From a virus (Duplodnaviria; Caudoviricetes), in IMG/VR virus record IMGVR_UViG_3300020594_000016, positions 1 through 25,541 of that record: a DNA stretch of 25,541 nucleotides; one strand, 5' to 3'. The translations under genes and the position numbers were made by a program. The notes beneath the pieces are model-generated. The model was not told where the DNA came from. It saw nothing but the letters and a program-made list of their open reading frames with translations, and made no database searches. This document shows positions 1-8,403 of the stretch, piece by piece; within the stretch, counting starts at the first letter, position 1, and the number at the start of each line of letters is the position of its first letter.

Positions 1-126
1 ATCGTTATTCGACAGCGCGACTACGGGCTTGCCCAGCAGCTCGGGGCGGAACAGGCGCTCAGCACTGACGTAGAAGCAGTGACAATCGACGAGCCCGAAG
101 CGCTTTGAGGATTTGGCTTTTTGCAT
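1..126 (-). CDS. umuC: Y-family DNA polymerase V catalytic subunit UmuC/RulB, 5' end only (truncated by window edge)
   Basis: Not in the ORF track. Manual translation from ATG 126 gives MQKAKSSKRFGLVDCHCFYVSAERLFRPELLGKPVVALSNND, matching the UmuC N-terminal motif (LxDxNxFYxSxERxFRPxL..PVVVLSNND). Confidence 0.93.
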   Translation of the reverse strand, partial: MQKAKSSKRFGLVDCHCFYVSAERLFRPELLGKPVVALSNND

Positions 127-129
127 GGA

Positions 130-348
130 TTAGCTCGTGAGCAAATCTGTCGAAAATGACAAATCGCCGGTGTTGTCGATCACGAGGTAGAGCTGACGAT
201 GTACCCCCATTCGAGCTTGTAGGCGCTCCAGATGCTCGACTCCTTCGTTGTTGAGTCGAACGATCTCCTCGCGAGACAGCGAGCAAAGAACGTCGAGCTT
301 CTCTTGCTGGTTGGCCAGCTTCATAGCCAGCAGATCCTGGAATGTCAT
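130..348 (-). CDS. Hypothetical 72-aa protein between umuD and umuC
   Basis: Its start overlaps the umuD stop (ATGA, 345-348) and its stop lies 3 nt before the umuC ATG, consistent with translational coupling. Confidence 0.7.
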   Translation of the reverse strand: MTFQDLLAMKLANQQEKLDVLCSLSREEIVRLNNEGVEHLERLQARMGVHRQLYLVIDNTGDLSFSTDLLTS

Positions 349-782
349 GCTGCACCTCGTTGCGGGTGAAGGTTGTATGTCACTACTCCCCAGACCTCGA
401 CCTGCTCATCGTCACCAAGCCGGATGGGAGGGGAGTCCGGGTTTTCGGCTTTCAGCATTCGCACTGAGCCAGAGACGGCGAACGTCTTCACTGTGAAGTC
501 AGCGCCAATCCGAGCGACGATCACATCACCTGGAGCGGGCTCAAGGGCTCGGTTGATGATTAGGTAGTCGCGGTCGAAGATGCCTCTGCCGCACATGCTG
601 TGTCCTGACGCCCGGCCAACGAACATCGAAGGAGCACGCATCCCAACCAGCTCGTCGAGACTCAGCGGTGGCTCCTCGTGGTCAAGCCCAGGTGAGGGAA
701 AGCCGCAGGGGAGCTGGCCTAGCTGCTGCATTAGCTCGGGTTCGTCGGACGGGATGAGAGGGCGTATTTGTATGGCGCGCAT
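345..782 (-). CDS. umuD: UmuD/RulA, S24 autopeptidase subunit of Pol V
   Basis: Cys-Gly cleavage site (LPCGFPSP), catalytic Ser (GHSM) and Lys (FTVK), C-terminal VWGVV. ATG 782 is preferred over GTG 800, which abuts the SOS box. Confidence 0.93.
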   Translation of the reverse strand: MRAIQIRPLIPSDEPELMQQLGQLPCGFPSPGLDHEEPPLSLDELVGMRAPSMFVGRASGHSMCGRGIFDRDYLIINRALEPAPGDVIVARIGADFTVKTFAVSGSVRMLKAENPDSPPIRLGDDEQVEVWGVVTYNLHPQRGAA

Positions 783-797
783 CGCAGACTCAGAAAG

Positions 798-817
798 CAC
801 TGTAAGGATATACAGTA
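798..817 (-). promoter_or_regulatory. LexA (SOS) box
   Basis: Minus strand reads TACTGTATATCCTTACAGTG (CTG-N10-CAG at 800-815), directly downstream of the -10 element. Confidence 0.92.
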
Positions 818-844
818 GTATAGGGATGCTACGGGAAACGCCAA
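817..844 (-). promoter_or_regulatory. Sigma70-like promoter of the umuD operon
   Basis: TTGGCG-N16-TATACT on the minus strand, adjoining the LexA box. Confidence 0.65.
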
Positions 845-845
845 G

Positions 846-876
846 CCCCGCTGGCCCAGTTCCCGCGAAGCGGGGG
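846..876. terminator. GC-rich hairpin after the lysis genes, possible terminator
   Basis: CCCCGCT...AGCGGGG just after the o-spanin stop. The U-tract is poor. Confidence 0.4.
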
Positions 877-878
877 GA

Positions 879-1160
879 TCAGTTGTTGCCAATGCCAGCC
901 GTGGCTGGCCGAGGTGCCTCTGCCCAAGCCTTGATCGCGAGCTTGTCAGCGTTGCACTGCTCAAGCGCGGTGTCGTAGTCGAACAGTCGAGAGGCCGCAT
1001 CTCTCCAGGACTCGATGCCATCGAGGCCGGGCGATGGAGTAAGCAGGTAAAGAAGCGGAGACGGCTTCAGAAACCTTTCTTGTGGCACAAGCTCAACTTG
1101 GGGTGTGCTGCACGCCGCCAAACAGGCCGGCAGGCACAGGCTGATCCAAACACGCGTCAT
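879..1160 (-). CDS. Outer-membrane spanin (Rz1-like lipoprotein)
   Basis: From ATG 1160: MTRVWISLCLPACLAAC has a lipobox, followed by a Pro-rich segment and ALEQCNADKLAI. Overlaps the 3' end of the i-spanin in another frame. Confidence 0.85.
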   Translation of the reverse strand: MTRVWISLCLPACLAACSTPQVELVPQERFLKPSPLLYLLTPSPGLDGIESWRDAASRLFDYDTALEQCNADKLAIKAWAEAPRPATAGIGNN

Positions 1161-1431
1161 CCCTGATCTCCATAAGCGTTTTCTTCCTTTTGTCCAATTC
1201 CCCGGCTGCCCGCTTGTACTGGGCGTCACGCAAGCTGAGCGCGTTCCCCGTGATCTTCAGCTCGCGCTCCAGGCCCTCCGCATGCAGCTTGGTGGCCTGC
1301 TGTTGAAACTGTGCAGCAGCGAGCTGCTGGGCGAGATCCTGGGCCTTCTTTTCACTCCGTGATGACTGCCAGAAGGCGAGCACGAGCAAGGCCAGCAGGC
1401 ACACGGAGATGCCAGCCAGAATCTTCGTCAT
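1093..1431 (-). CDS. Inner-membrane spanin (Rz-like)
   Basis: N-terminal TM helix, long coiled-coil, C-terminal CLDQPVP. Confidence 0.85.
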   Translation of the reverse strand: MTKILAGISVCLLALLVLAFWQSSRSEKKAQDLAQQLAAAQFQQQATKLHAEGLERELKITGNALSLRDAQYKRAAGELDKRKKTLMEIRDDACLDQPVPAGLFGGVQHTPS

Positions 1432-1667
1432 GAGCCGGCTCCAGGCTCAGCCTTCTTGTGCCATTTGTCGTCGAGCGTCGCAAAGCCAAGATAGCCAGTG
1501 ACAATGCCGCCGAACGCGAAGATCAGGGTGTTGAGCACGGACGTTGATTTGTCCATGTTTTCTGGCGCCAGGAACGAGCCCAGCGTGATTCCGATCAGCG
1601 AGAAGAGGCTTATCCAGGCCATCAATCGGCGCGTCTTCCAGCGCTGCCTATTTACATCCTTGTTCAT
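1428..1667 (-). CDS. Holin (two TM helices)
   Basis: 79 aa with a basic N-terminus, two hydrophobic segments and a charged tail. ATGA overlap with the i-spanin. Confidence 0.75.
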   Translation of the reverse strand: MNKDVNRQRWKTRRLMAWISLFSLIGITLGSFLAPENMDKSTSVLNTLIFAFGGIVTGYLGFATLDDKWHKKAEPGAGS

Positions 1668-1668
1668 G

Positions 1669-2880
1669 TCAAACTTCCTTTTTGATTAAGTATCCCTCCA
1701 AATTCAACATTGGACTGTACTTGTCTACGTTGAACCAGCCTCTTATATCTCCAAGTATTCTGCCAACGCCTCTGTGGTAAAAAACCACATCGCATGTGTC
1801 GTAATACTCTTTTAGCTCCTGGAATGAGTCTATAAAAGGCTTTGCGTTATATCTTACTCCTGTCTTGTAATCGCTTCCATAATTAGTTTCAAAGTCATTT
1901 CCAAATACGGTATTGAATGACCGAGATAGATATCTTTTTTCGTACGTCCCGTCTCTCTTCCAAACGAAATACTCTTCAACGTTATTGTTGTTCATGCCTG
2001 CCCCGAGCAAGAAAGATTCAGGGAAAAGTGTTCTTGAATAACGCGCGCTTGACTCCATGACTCGATCACTACTCCAGGAGTACCTTTTTCCGGATGCGGA
2101 CATCTCTACAATAGATGATTGATAATCGTAAATCTTAGAAGACCCACGGTATTTATAGCCGTAATTTATCGGTGCAAAAGCATAGAAATTTCCGTCCAGC
2201 GGATCTCTTTCGATGACATTGCCCTTTTTGTCATATTTGATTTTGTCGTCGATAACGCCAGAATTCTGCTTGAACCAGTTGATGGGAATAATGTGCTGAT
2301 AGAAAACCTTGGCAATAACATCCCGCACTCGCGGCTCTTGAGCAAAGCCAATCAGATCAGGTGCATTAGAGAATTTAAAGTCTAAGACTACGTTGTCACC
2401 CGGCTCAAAGCTGTAGAAAGACGAATCACCAAGGTATTTAATTGGAACATTTGTCCAGATTTGTTTGTTGAACGGAAAGATCTTAACTCTAGCGGTCTCC
2501 CCAAAATTGCCAGATCCATACAGTTGGACGTTGGCGCGTCTCCGGTCTTCGGACATGCTCTCGATTATGCCGAACCAGTATTTTGGCTTAGAAACCTGGA
2601 CGTGTCCGAGCAGAAGTTGATTTCGTAACCAGTTCCACTTTTCCAATGACCGAGGGCTCGCGACAATCTCCCCGTGTCCCAGGTAGACGCCATTAGTGAT
2701 GACGTACGCATTCTGGTTCGGATCGCTTGCGTGAGTGAGAACGGAGCAGAAGTCGCCGACATCAAACACATCTTTTGTCGAAAGGCACCAGCATTGAACA
2801 GTCACAAGTGTGCCCATGGATTGCACTTGAACTACGTACCGGTATTTACCAGTCTTTTGCAATATTTTACCGAGCGGCAC
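1669..2880 (-). CDS. Tail tip protein with AT-rich C-terminal domain (possible receptor-binding protein)
   Basis: Last gene of the tail module. Likely start is GTG 2880 after GAGG, overlapping the upstream gene (ORF track gives 2925). Aromatic-rich C-terminal half. Confidence 0.55.
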   Translation of the reverse strand: MPLGKILQKTGKYRYVVQVQSMGTLVTVQCWCLSTKDVFDVGDFCSVLTHASDPNQNAYVITNGVYLGHGEIVASPRSLEKWNWLRNQLLLGHVQVSKPKYWFGIIESMSEDRRRANVQLYGSGNFGETARVKIFPFNKQIWTNVPIKYLGDSSFYSFEPGDNVVLDFKFSNAPDLIGFAQEPRVRDVIAKVFYQHIIPINWFKQNSGVIDDKIKYDKKGNVIERDPLDGNFYAFAPINYGYKYRGSSKIYDYQSSIVEMSASGKRYSWSSDRVMESSARYSRTLFPESFLLGAGMNNNNVEEYFVWKRDGTYEKRYLSRSFNTVFGNDFETNYGSDYKTGVRYNAKPFIDSFQELKEYYDTCDVVFYHRGVGRILGDIRGWFNVDKYSPMLNLEGYLIKKEV

Positions 2881-3502
2881 ATCGAACCTCGCAATAATTT
2901 GCCGTAGATTCAACGTACATAACAATCTCTGTAGCTACGTAATCGATACCGTCGTAGCTGATTATGTCTCCAGGCTGTAGCTCAGAGTTGGGAGTGATAC
3001 GGATGCTCACCTCGTCATCGTAAAAGGCAACGTAGATGATGTTCGACAGCGAAAGCGATTTGGGAGAGGTCGGCTTCGGGTACTCCAAACTCCCGGCAAT
3101 CGTCATTGTTGAATTGTTAGGCGATAGGGAAGGTGTGACATCCGTGATCTTTGACCGACAAATCTCGCTTTCGACCTTTGACCCGTCCGTGTACTCAACA
3201 ACACGACGCACGTACATCATCTGGCCGACCAGCACTTTTCCTTTATAAGCGGTTCCTCCCGGCACGTAAGCAGTGAGGTACGAAACTCCGTCATTACGCA
3301 ACCGAGACTGAAAGCTCTGCATTGGAACGCGAAGCGTGCCGGCAGGAGTAACAACGTCGAACACATACGCAACTTTCAGCTCGCGAGCAGCATCGACGAT
3401 AGTCTTGCGGTTCGAGAGTGCGTAGACGACCTCAAGCTCACCGAATACAAGGGTTCTTGCGTTGCTGTAGCTGACTACCAGGGAGCATGCGATATCAGGC
3501 AT
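2867..3502 (-). CDS. Minor tail protein (hub-like, putative)
   Basis: Lies in the tail-tip cluster, beta-rich, TAATG coupling to the upstream gene. Confidence 0.55.
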   Translation of the reverse strand: MPDIACSLVVSYSNARTLVFGELEVVYALSNRKTIVDAARELKVAYVFDVVTPAGTLRVPMQSFQSRLRNDGVSYLTAYVPGGTAYKGKVLVGQMMYVRRVVEYTDGSKVESEICRSKITDVTPSLSPNNSTMTIAGSLEYPKPTSPKSLSLSNIIYVAFYDDEVSIRITPNSELQPGDIISYDGIDYVATEIVMYVESTANYCEVRCAAR

Positions 3503-4209
3503 TACGGCACGCTCACGTAGTATTTGATCTGAGCGATGTTCTCGCTGCTGCCGCGAGTGATGTTCTCAGGCACTACGCGCTGAACATAGAACCCAGCCGC
3601 TCCGCCAGCTGGAACCGGACCCAGTGGGAGTGCATCAGTGAGAGAGGAGTAAGCTTTCAGATCACCAGGTGTCAGTCCAACCTGAAACAGGTCACCGCCC
3701 GCAGATTGCTCTAGGAACACCCGAACATTTGTCACGGCCACGGGGCTCAGGTTCTTGAAGTACACGTACCTCAGCTCAGTCGCTCCAACTGTTGCTTGGT
3801 CACTCGAAACGTCCGAGAACAGCGCATTCTTAGCGAAACTGAACTGCACAACCGTGGAAGCCACGCTCGACCCGATCAGCGCCGCATCAGTGATCCGTAC
3901 GTTGATGTAGCGGTTGCTAGCAAAACTCAGTGTGTAGAGCCCAGCAGCCCCCGGATTCACCGAGGCAGTGTTGCCGGCGTAGGAAGCTGTCAGCGTGTTG
4001 CCGCTGAAGGCCAAGGTGATATCCGTGGCCGCAGGCAGGCCGACAGCCTCGATGACTTCCAGCGCCGTGATCGGTGGCTTGCCGACGCTGTAGGTCGCAG
4101 ACATCGAGAACACTTGCTTGCTGCTGATCGTGCCGCCAGTAGAGAGTGCAGGGTTGGTGTTGGATGCTCCACCGGACAAGAAGAGGCCGAAGCTGGCAGG
4201 GTTAGACAT
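3502..4209 (-). CDS. Virion structural protein of the tail tip (putative)
   Basis: ATG 4209 preceded by GGAGG. Ala/Gly/Ser/Thr/Val-rich beta protein downstream of the tape measure gene. Confidence 0.6.
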   Translation of the reverse strand: MSNPASFGLFLSGGASNTNPALSTGGTISSKQVFSMSATYSVGKPPITALEVIEAVGLPAATDITLAFSGNTLTASYAGNTASVNPGAAGLYTLSFASNRYINVRITDAALIGSSVASTVVQFSFAKNALFSDVSSDQATVGATELRYVYFKNLSPVAVTNVRVFLEQSAGGDLFQVGLTPGDLKAYSSLTDALPLGPVPAGGAAGFYVQRVVPENITRGSSENIAQIKYYVSVP

Positions 4210-4549
4210 ACTGCTCCTCCACGTCGAGGTAGAGGGAACAGGTAGTGGCGCCTTCAGCAAACCGGTCTACAGAGCACAGGAATAGGCCGTGGATCGATGC
4301 GATCAGGAGCTTTGGGTACAGCTGCACAAGCCGGCGCACAGCTTCCGAAAGGAGCTTGGAGGCGCGGAAAGTCAGGCTGAAGCTGCGATCTTGGATGCTG
4401 CTGCCACGGTCTTCGGTGACGTATCCACCATCAAGAGTCTGCACCCTGGAGCGGCGGCGAGAGGTCTCACCGAAGCTTGATGTCTCGTAGTCAACGTCTA
4501 GGATCACGACTCCATTTTGGTCAAAGTTGAGTGAATGTATTGCAAGCAT
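4202..4549 (-). CDS. Distal tail (Dit-like) protein
   Basis: First small gene after the tape measure, with RRxSRxxTLDGG...DxG motif. ATG 4549 has the correctly spaced AAGGA; 4555 is the alternative start. Confidence 0.6.
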   Translation of the reverse strand: MLAIHSLNFDQNGVVILDVDYETSSFGETSRRRSRVQTLDGGYVTEDRGSSIQDRSFSLTFRASKLLSEAVRRLVQLYPKLLIASIHGLFLCSVDRFAEGATTCSLYLDVEEQYV

Positions 4550-4587
4550 ATTCATCCTTGAATATTAATATGCAGTAAAGTATATAA

Positions 4588-7500
4588 TTAAACGTCCAAT
4601 CCAACCAGCTGATTTTGCACTTCCTGGGTGGCCTTTACTTGTGCTCTTTCGATGATCTTCTGAAGCACAATATCGAGTTCTGGATAAACCCCGCTTGTTT
4701 CTACAACGATCTTCGCGGCCTGCCCGTTAAGAGACTTTTCGGCCATTTGCGCTTTGATCTCCAGGAGTTTGATGTTTGTTGCAAGCTCTTTGTTAGTAAG
4801 ATCGATTGTCTCCATTTGCTTCTTGAAAGCTTTGTCCCGCATGCTGTCTTCTTTCTCTAATTGCTCAAGCAGTAGATCCTGGGTGTCAGAGTCTCTACTG
4901 CCGAGGTTGATGTACTGCTGTGTCAGCTTGTCCATCCTGTCCCCAGCGTTATCGAATGATTTTGAGAGAGCCTCAAGCGATGCGGTTGCAGCATCAGCTG
5001 AAGCTTTAAGGCTCTTAACCCCGCTGGACATGTCTTTTGAAGAAGAAGCGGCAAGGCCTTTCACAGTATCTGTGAGTTTCTTTACTTTGCCGTCCGCGTC
5101 TGTATAGCTTTCACCTTCTTTTTTGAGGGCATCTACTTTCTTTCCCGAAGCCTCAGGATACTCCTTGGTTTTATCAAGGTGATCTACTTCCTGTTCGGTA
5201 AGTTTCGCTATGCCTCCCGTGTTGTCGATGATCAGTTGCTTGATTTTCTCATCAAGTTCAATACTTTTCTGCTGGCTTTTGAAGGTCTCGTCCTGGTAAT
5301 AACTTTGCTTTTCATACTGCTCTTCAAGCAAGTCAATCTGATCAGATGTCAGCTTTTTAGAACCGAGCATGTAACCGTTCAGGTTGTCGATTCTCGAACC
5401 GAGCCCAGAGAATTGATCGCTCAGCGTCTTGATATTTGTCGCAGAAGTGCTGAGAGTGGAATTCATCTCTTTCAAGATGTCTGTTATCTTTACATCTTTT
5501 AGAAGCGACGTTTCTATCTTGAAGTCTTTAGTGCTGGATGCCGCCGCAGAGGCACTTTTTGCTTGCTCATCAAGAGCCTTCTTGTTCGTGTCGAGTTGCT
5601 TAGTCGAATCCTCGGTCGCAGCGCCAGATTCTTTCATTGCATCAGCAGACTTCTTGGTTGCGTCAGCTTCTTCTTTCTTCTTCGCAATCCAGGCGTCGAG
5701 TTTCTCTTTGTGGTTTTCCAACGTGATGTTGGTATCGCCTGTCTCTTGCCTGTAGCGCTCGATAAGCGGAGCCATATTCTTGAAGCTGTCCGCGAGAAGC
5801 TGGTTCTTGAGCTGAGCTTCGTTCGTATAGCCAGCCATGTTCATCAAGCTGTCTCGCAGGCCATCGGCTCCCTTGCGCACGATCTCGACGTTCTCGTACA
5901 ACCACCAGCCTGTTGCCCCACCAGCTGCCGCAGCACCGCCGAAGATCCCGGCCTTGCCCAGCGCGCTGAGTCCGCCCATTTTCGACATGAGGTCTGTGAG
6001 CCCGGAGCTGAGCTTTTTCAGGTTCCACTTTTCTGGGTTCAGGGCATCGATGACTTTCCCGCCAGCAGAGGTCGCCGTGCTGCCGAGGCTGCCGAAAACA
6101 GAGACCAAGCCACTCAGCGTTGCCTTTCCGGCGCCGGCAGCATCGTTCATCGACAGCAGTTGCTTCACGACGCTGCCAACGGCCAGGAGGGACAGGCCAT
6201 GCCCGATTGCCGACAACCCGTCACCAAGACCAGCAAGGGTCTGGAGGGCAGTGTTGGCTACTTTCGCTATGCCCAGAACTTCGCCGCTTGACTGCTTCGC
6301 AGCGATGTCCAGGCCGTTGAAGGCTTCGATCCCACGCTTGATTTGCTCCCAGGCATTGCCGAACTGCTTGATCATCCCGGAGGTCACGTCGATCAACGAC
6401 TCGATGCTGTTGACGACGAACTGCATGGCCTGTGCGACTGCTTTGGGGTCGTTCAAATCGATGGAGAACGCATCTCCGAAGGCCTTTTGCAGATCTTTAA
6501 GGGAGCGTTCCAGGCCGCTGAAATCCAGCATCTCGAACGCCTGCGGCAGAGATGCAGACAGCTTGTCCAGTTCACTAACGAAGCCCTTGGCGAACTCTTT
6601 GATGATGCCCATCAACTTGTCGAAATTAGCGCCCTGGACCACCTTGTCGAAGCTCTGGATCAGCCCGGTGTTGGCGTTGACGACATCAGTGGTGCTGTCC
6701 AGGTACTTCGTACCGATGCTTGCTGCGAGGTTAGTGACAGACGCCTGGAACATCTTTGTAGCGAATTCCGCACCCTGCGCACGGGTCTCGAACTCTTTGT
6801 TTGCCGAGCCAGCCGAGTCCATAGCGATCTTGTAATACTTCGCCACTTTGTCAGTGTTGTTCATGTAGACGATGAAGCGAGACATCTGGTCGGCGCCGGC
6901 AACCATAGCGGCCACGCGCTGCTTATCAGCAGACGACATATTTTTCGTCTTCTCGACCATCTCTTGCAGTAGAACGTTGGCATCCTTGCGCTTGCCGTTG
7001 GCCTTCATCTGGATGCCAAGCTCTTTTTCGAAGAGATCAGTGACCTCTTTGGTCGGCTTGATCAGGTTCGAGAAAACAGTCTTCAGTGCGTTTGCAGATT
7101 CGCTGCCCGACCTGGTTACCTCGATCATAGGTGTCAACATCGCAGTCGCTTTCTCGACGCTGATGCCCATCTCAGATGCAATCGGAGCAAAGACCTTCAA
7201 GCCGTCACCGAGCATTGCAACGTTGGCACCAGCGTTGTTTGATACGCCGTTCAGCACATCAAGAATGCGGCCAGCTTCGGATGCAGGAGCCTTGAAGCCG
7301 GCAAGCGACCCGATCAGCAGTTCGTTGACGTTCTTCAGATCCATGTCTGCGGCGGTAACGCCCTTCAGGGCCACTTCGGCGAGCGAAAGCGAGTCCTGGA
7401 TGCCATAACCAGCTTGCTTGAATTCAGCTACGGACTTTGTAGTGTCAGCGTTCGACATCGCATACTTCTTGCCGAGCGATGCGATGGAGTCCCCGTACTG

Positions 7501-7782
7501 AGATACCTTGCCCTCAGAATCGGAAAGGACTTTTTGGAGGTCAAGTTGCGAGCTTTGGAGCTTGATGGCCTCTTTTGAAGTGTATGCAGCAACCGCTACA
7601 GCGAGTGCAGAAAGAGCCAAGTCGATCTTCATAACGCCATCGGCAACACCGGCAAGGGGGCCTGTTATGGCTTGGCCTGTACGCGAGAGATCAGAGAGTG
7701 AAGAGCCGATAGTTCTGGTTGTCGAGCTAAGCCCGTCTACGCCCCGAAATGCGATCTCAATGATCTTTGAAACATCTGCCAT
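4588..7782 (-). CDS. Tail tape measure protein (TP901-like core)
   Basis: About 1064 aa from ATG 7782 (AAGGAAG RBS). Helical and Ala/Lys/Ser-rich, follows the tail chaperones. Confidence 0.93.
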   Translation of the reverse strand: MADVSKIIEIAFRGVDGLSSTTRTIGSSLSDLSRTGQAITGPLAGVADGVMKIDLALSALAVAVAAYTSKEAIKLQSSQLDLQKVLSDSEGKVSQYGDSIASLGKKYAMSNADTTKSVAEFKQAGYGIQDSLSLAEVALKGVTAADMDLKNVNELLIGSLAGFKAPASEAGRILDVLNGVSNNAGANVAMLGDGLKVFAPIASEMGISVEKATAMLTPMIEVTRSGSESANALKTVFSNLIKPTKEVTDLFEKELGIQMKANGKRKDANVLLQEMVEKTKNMSSADKQRVAAMVAGADQMSRFIVYMNNTDKVAKYYKIAMDSAGSANKEFETRAQGAEFATKMFQASVTNLAASIGTKYLDSTTDVVNANTGLIQSFDKVVQGANFDKLMGIIKEFAKGFVSELDKLSASLPQAFEMLDFSGLERSLKDLQKAFGDAFSIDLNDPKAVAQAMQFVVNSIESLIDVTSGMIKQFGNAWEQIKRGIEAFNGLDIAAKQSSGEVLGIAKVANTALQTLAGLGDGLSAIGHGLSLLAVGSVVKQLLSMNDAAGAGKATLSGLVSVFGSLGSTATSAGGKVIDALNPEKWNLKKLSSGLTDLMSKMGGLSALGKAGIFGGAAAAGGATGWWLYENVEIVRKGADGLRDSLMNMAGYTNEAQLKNQLLADSFKNMAPLIERYRQETGDTNITLENHKEKLDAWIAKKKEEADATKKSADAMKESGAATEDSTKQLDTNKKALDEQAKSASAAASSTKDFKIETSLLKDVKITDILKEMNSTLSTSATNIKTLSDQFSGLGSRIDNLNGYMLGSKKLTSDQIDLLEEQYEKQSYYQDETFKSQQKSIELDEKIKQLIIDNTGGIAKLTEQEVDHLDKTKEYPEASGKKVDALKKEGESYTDADGKVKKLTDTVKGLAASSSKDMSSGVKSLKASADAATASLEALSKSFDNAGDRMDKLTQQYINLGSRDSDTQDLLLEQLEKEDSMRDKAFKKQMETIDLTNKELATNIKLLEIKAQMAEKSLNGQAAKIVVETSGVYPELDIVLQKIIERAQVKATQEVQNQLVGLDV

Positions 7783-7795
7783 AGAACTTCCTTGT

Positions 7796-7972
7796 TCATA
7801 TCTCACTCCGCGCTTCATTGCGCTCAGCGTAGAAAAGTGCCCACAACTGCCTCTCAAACTCCGTGAGGAAGCCTTCTGGAATCAGGTCTGGGCGTGCTTC
7901 GAAGAGAAACTTCTGCTTCTCATTGCATAAATAGAGGTCTGACTTTATTGAGTCGTAGACCTCAAGGGCTTT
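7796..7972 (-). CDS. -1 frameshift extension of the tail assembly chaperone (gpGT-like C-terminus)
   Basis: The -1 frame after the slippery site is open for 58 codons (KALEVYDSIKSDLYLCNEKQKFLFEARPDLIPEGFLTEFERQLWALFYAERNEARSEI*) and ends 13 nt before the TMP start. Confidence 0.85.
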   Translation of the reverse strand, partial: KALEVYDSIKSDLYLCNEKQKFLFEARPDLIPEGFLTEFERQLWALFYAERNEARSEI

Positions 7973-7977
7973 TTTTT
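7934..7977 (-). other. Programmed -1 ribosomal frameshift signal
   Basis: A AAA AAG heptamer (7975-7969) in the correct frame, followed 5 nt later by the stem-loop GAGGTCT-AC-GACT-CAATAA-AGTC-AGACCTC. Confidence 0.85.
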
Positions 7978-8400
7978 GGCAACAACCGGCCCGTCTTGGC
8001 TCAGCTCGAAGATCTTGTCGCTAAGGGTCTGGAACTCGGCGGGGTAGAACTGCGAGAGACGGACGGCGACTTGGCGGTCGATCTTGGGCTCAACAGAGCA
8101 CATGACCAGTTGTTCGATGCTGCGCCGAGTTGACTCGTGAACCCCATCAACGTCGCCGACGATCTCTTTGATCAGCTTCTGCTTGTCTTCCTCATTGCCG
8201 GCGACGGCTGCAATGGCGGTGTCCAGCAGCTTGTCGTTCTGCTTGGTCTCACGCATGCGGCACAGCTCAGTGTGAGTCATGCCGCGCACGACCCACTTGG
8301 CCTCAGCTTCGCCGAAAAACTGCTGAAGTTTGGGCACATCTACAGTCGCTGTAGCGTGCTCCATTTTGGCTTTGTTGAAGGCGCTGATGTCGAAGCCCAT
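7945..8400 (-). CDS. Tail assembly chaperone (gpG-like)
   Basis: Between tail tube and tape measure; ends at the slippery KKK codons. Confidence 0.85.
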   Translation of the reverse strand: MGFDISAFNKAKMEHATATVDVPKLQQFFGEAEAKWVVRGMTHTELCRMRETKQNDKLLDTAIAAVAGNEEDKQKLIKEIVGDVDGVHESTRRSIEQLVMCSVEPKIDRQVAVRLSQFYPAEFQTLSDKIFELSQDGPVVAKKKPLRSTTQ

Positions 8401-8403
8401 ACC

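Noticed and set aside
59-355. 98-aa minus-strand ORF
   Set aside because: Overlaps the umuC start out of frame. The 130-348 ORF fits the operon junctions better.
4615-7930. Many long plus-strand ORFs (e.g. 5837-6835, 5563-6291, 6343-6972)
   Set aside because: Antisense shadows of the tape measure gene.
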